IMG/VR virus record: IMGVR_UViG_3300015024_000001
Span: 67,992 to 131,991 of that record
DNA: 64,000 bases
Origin: a virus
Direction: 5' to 3' (one strand)
Shown piece after piece: positions 63,135-64,000 of this stretch. Position 1 is the first letter of the stretch; every line of letters begins with the position of its first letter. The notes beneath the pieces were generated by a model that was not told where the DNA came from, did no database searches, and saw only the letters and a list, made by a program, of their open reading frames with translations. Position numbers and translations under genes: made by a program.

Positions 63135-63445
63135 TTACTCTGGAATCTCAGTCGCTTCAGCGCTGAGAGTGTCAAAAAGAAGTTTATATATACCTGTGGC
63201 AAGAAATTTGATCTTGAAGGTAGGCATATATCTGATTTCCCTTGTTACACCTTGCGAGAAAGCCTGGAAGAGTATGAGGAGGTAGAAAAGCGCGATCGCC
63301 TAATCTCAAAAATCAAGCTAATTACTCAGTCTCATGGCTTTGGCGAGAAACTGGCAACTGAGCATTTAGAGGCGATCGTTTTTAAATTAATGGAGGCTCA
63401 AAATGTCAACTAAATTAGCTTTGTTTGATTGGAGTGCATTAAGCG

Positions 63446-63541
63446 TTGAAACACTCACCGAGCTGAAGCAGCGGTGATTCTTAACGCATCACTGAGATTC
63501 GCTACCGAAGTAGTCTTATTATCTCTCCGCGTTCGTTTAGA
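63446..63541 (-). repeat. inverted 96-bp copy of the omegaRNA/right end of the 36507-38182 IS
   Basis: Reverse complement of 38087-38182 with one mismatch. Confidence 0.93.
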
Positions 63542-64000
63542 CATTGTTTAGAATCTCCTTTGGTGTGGGCAAATAATTTTCGCAAGCTCTAGTAGCCGAA
63601 AAGTAAACAGAGTCTGAGTATTTCGCGGCTTCGGAATGTTCGGCAATAAAAGCGGATTCGTGGTAATCGCCATAGCCAAGCTGTAGGGTTATTTCAAACT
63701 CTTCGGTTTTAGACATCTCCGCCCAATCGCAGAACTCTGCAAAGTGCTTGACATATTGACTCGTAGTTTCGATGTCGAACCGAACACTAGCTTTATCCTC
63801 GTGGCTGAAGCTTAAATAGGTGAACTCATCACACCAAGCAAGGAAAGCCTCAACCATTGCATCTTTAGCTAACTTCAAGACTTCGTAATCATCTTTGGTT
63901 AGTTTTAGCTGATGGACTGGTGCAGGGAATCTATAAAGCTTGCTTCCAATGACGTAAGCCTCAATCTCAAGCCCTGAAACATTGTTCTCAAGTTGATATT
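63537..64000 (-). CDS. hypothetical protein, 5' end beyond the window; stop codon lies in the omegaRNA copy
   Basis: The frame stays open from 63537 to the window edge, so the listed TTG at 63878 is probably not the true start. Confidence 0.7.
   Translation of the reverse strand, partial: YQLENNVSGLEIEAYVIGSKLYRFPAPVHQLKLTKDDYEVLKLAKDAMVEAFLAWCDEFTYLSFSHEDKASVRFDIETTSQYVKHFAEFCDWAEMSKTEEFEITLQLGYGDYHESAFIAEHSEAAKYSDSVYFSATRACENYLPTPKEILNNV

Larger units (their letters stand above)
61342..63175 (+). mobile_element. second IS605-type element, inserted after TGAC
   Basis: CAAG guide plus hairpin at the left end; right end GAAT-CTCAG..CTGAG-..TCAA; divergent tnpA and tnpB. Confidence 0.88.

Noticed and set aside
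1-64000. CRISPR array or cas genes
   Set aside because: No regularly spaced repeat-spacer array. The dispersed motif is irregular and often intragenic, and the 46410 nuclease lacks Cas4 Fe-S cysteines.

Overview
The window is an AT-rich segment of a large tailed dsDNA phage, probably infecting a cyanobacterium (inferred from the IS200/IS605 types, the class II RNR and one HIP1 site at the far right). The left ~5.5 kb holds mostly minus-strand packaging genes (TerL, probable TerS, RHH protein, possible head protein) plus HU. The rest is a plus-strand early/replication arm: helicase-like protein, AAA-vWA pair, RNA ligase, PNK-like kinase, DenV-like glycosylase, macrodomain, nucleotidyltransferase, AAA_24 ATPase, SSB, exonuclease, primase, helicase, family A DNA polymerase and NrdJ. 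Mobile elements are three group I introns (two with GIY-YIG genes, one in a tRNA-CAT), a Gln-ending mini-intein and two intact IS605-type elements. Highlights: (1) a phage-encoded ubiquitin-like conjugation cassette (Ubl, JAB, E2, E1) with intact catalytic motifs; (2) a ~12-13 bp motif, TTCTYTTCTAYG(G), with about 40 copies on both strands and in several reading frames; (3) two IS605 derivatives in which a non-TnpB gene (one an HNH nuclease) sits directly on the omegaRNA/right end; (4) two hammerhead ribozymes and a mini tRNA-like fold at gene ends; (5) a tRNA-like structure nested inside the group I intron of the tRNA. All calls were made by eye from motifs; no database searches were run.
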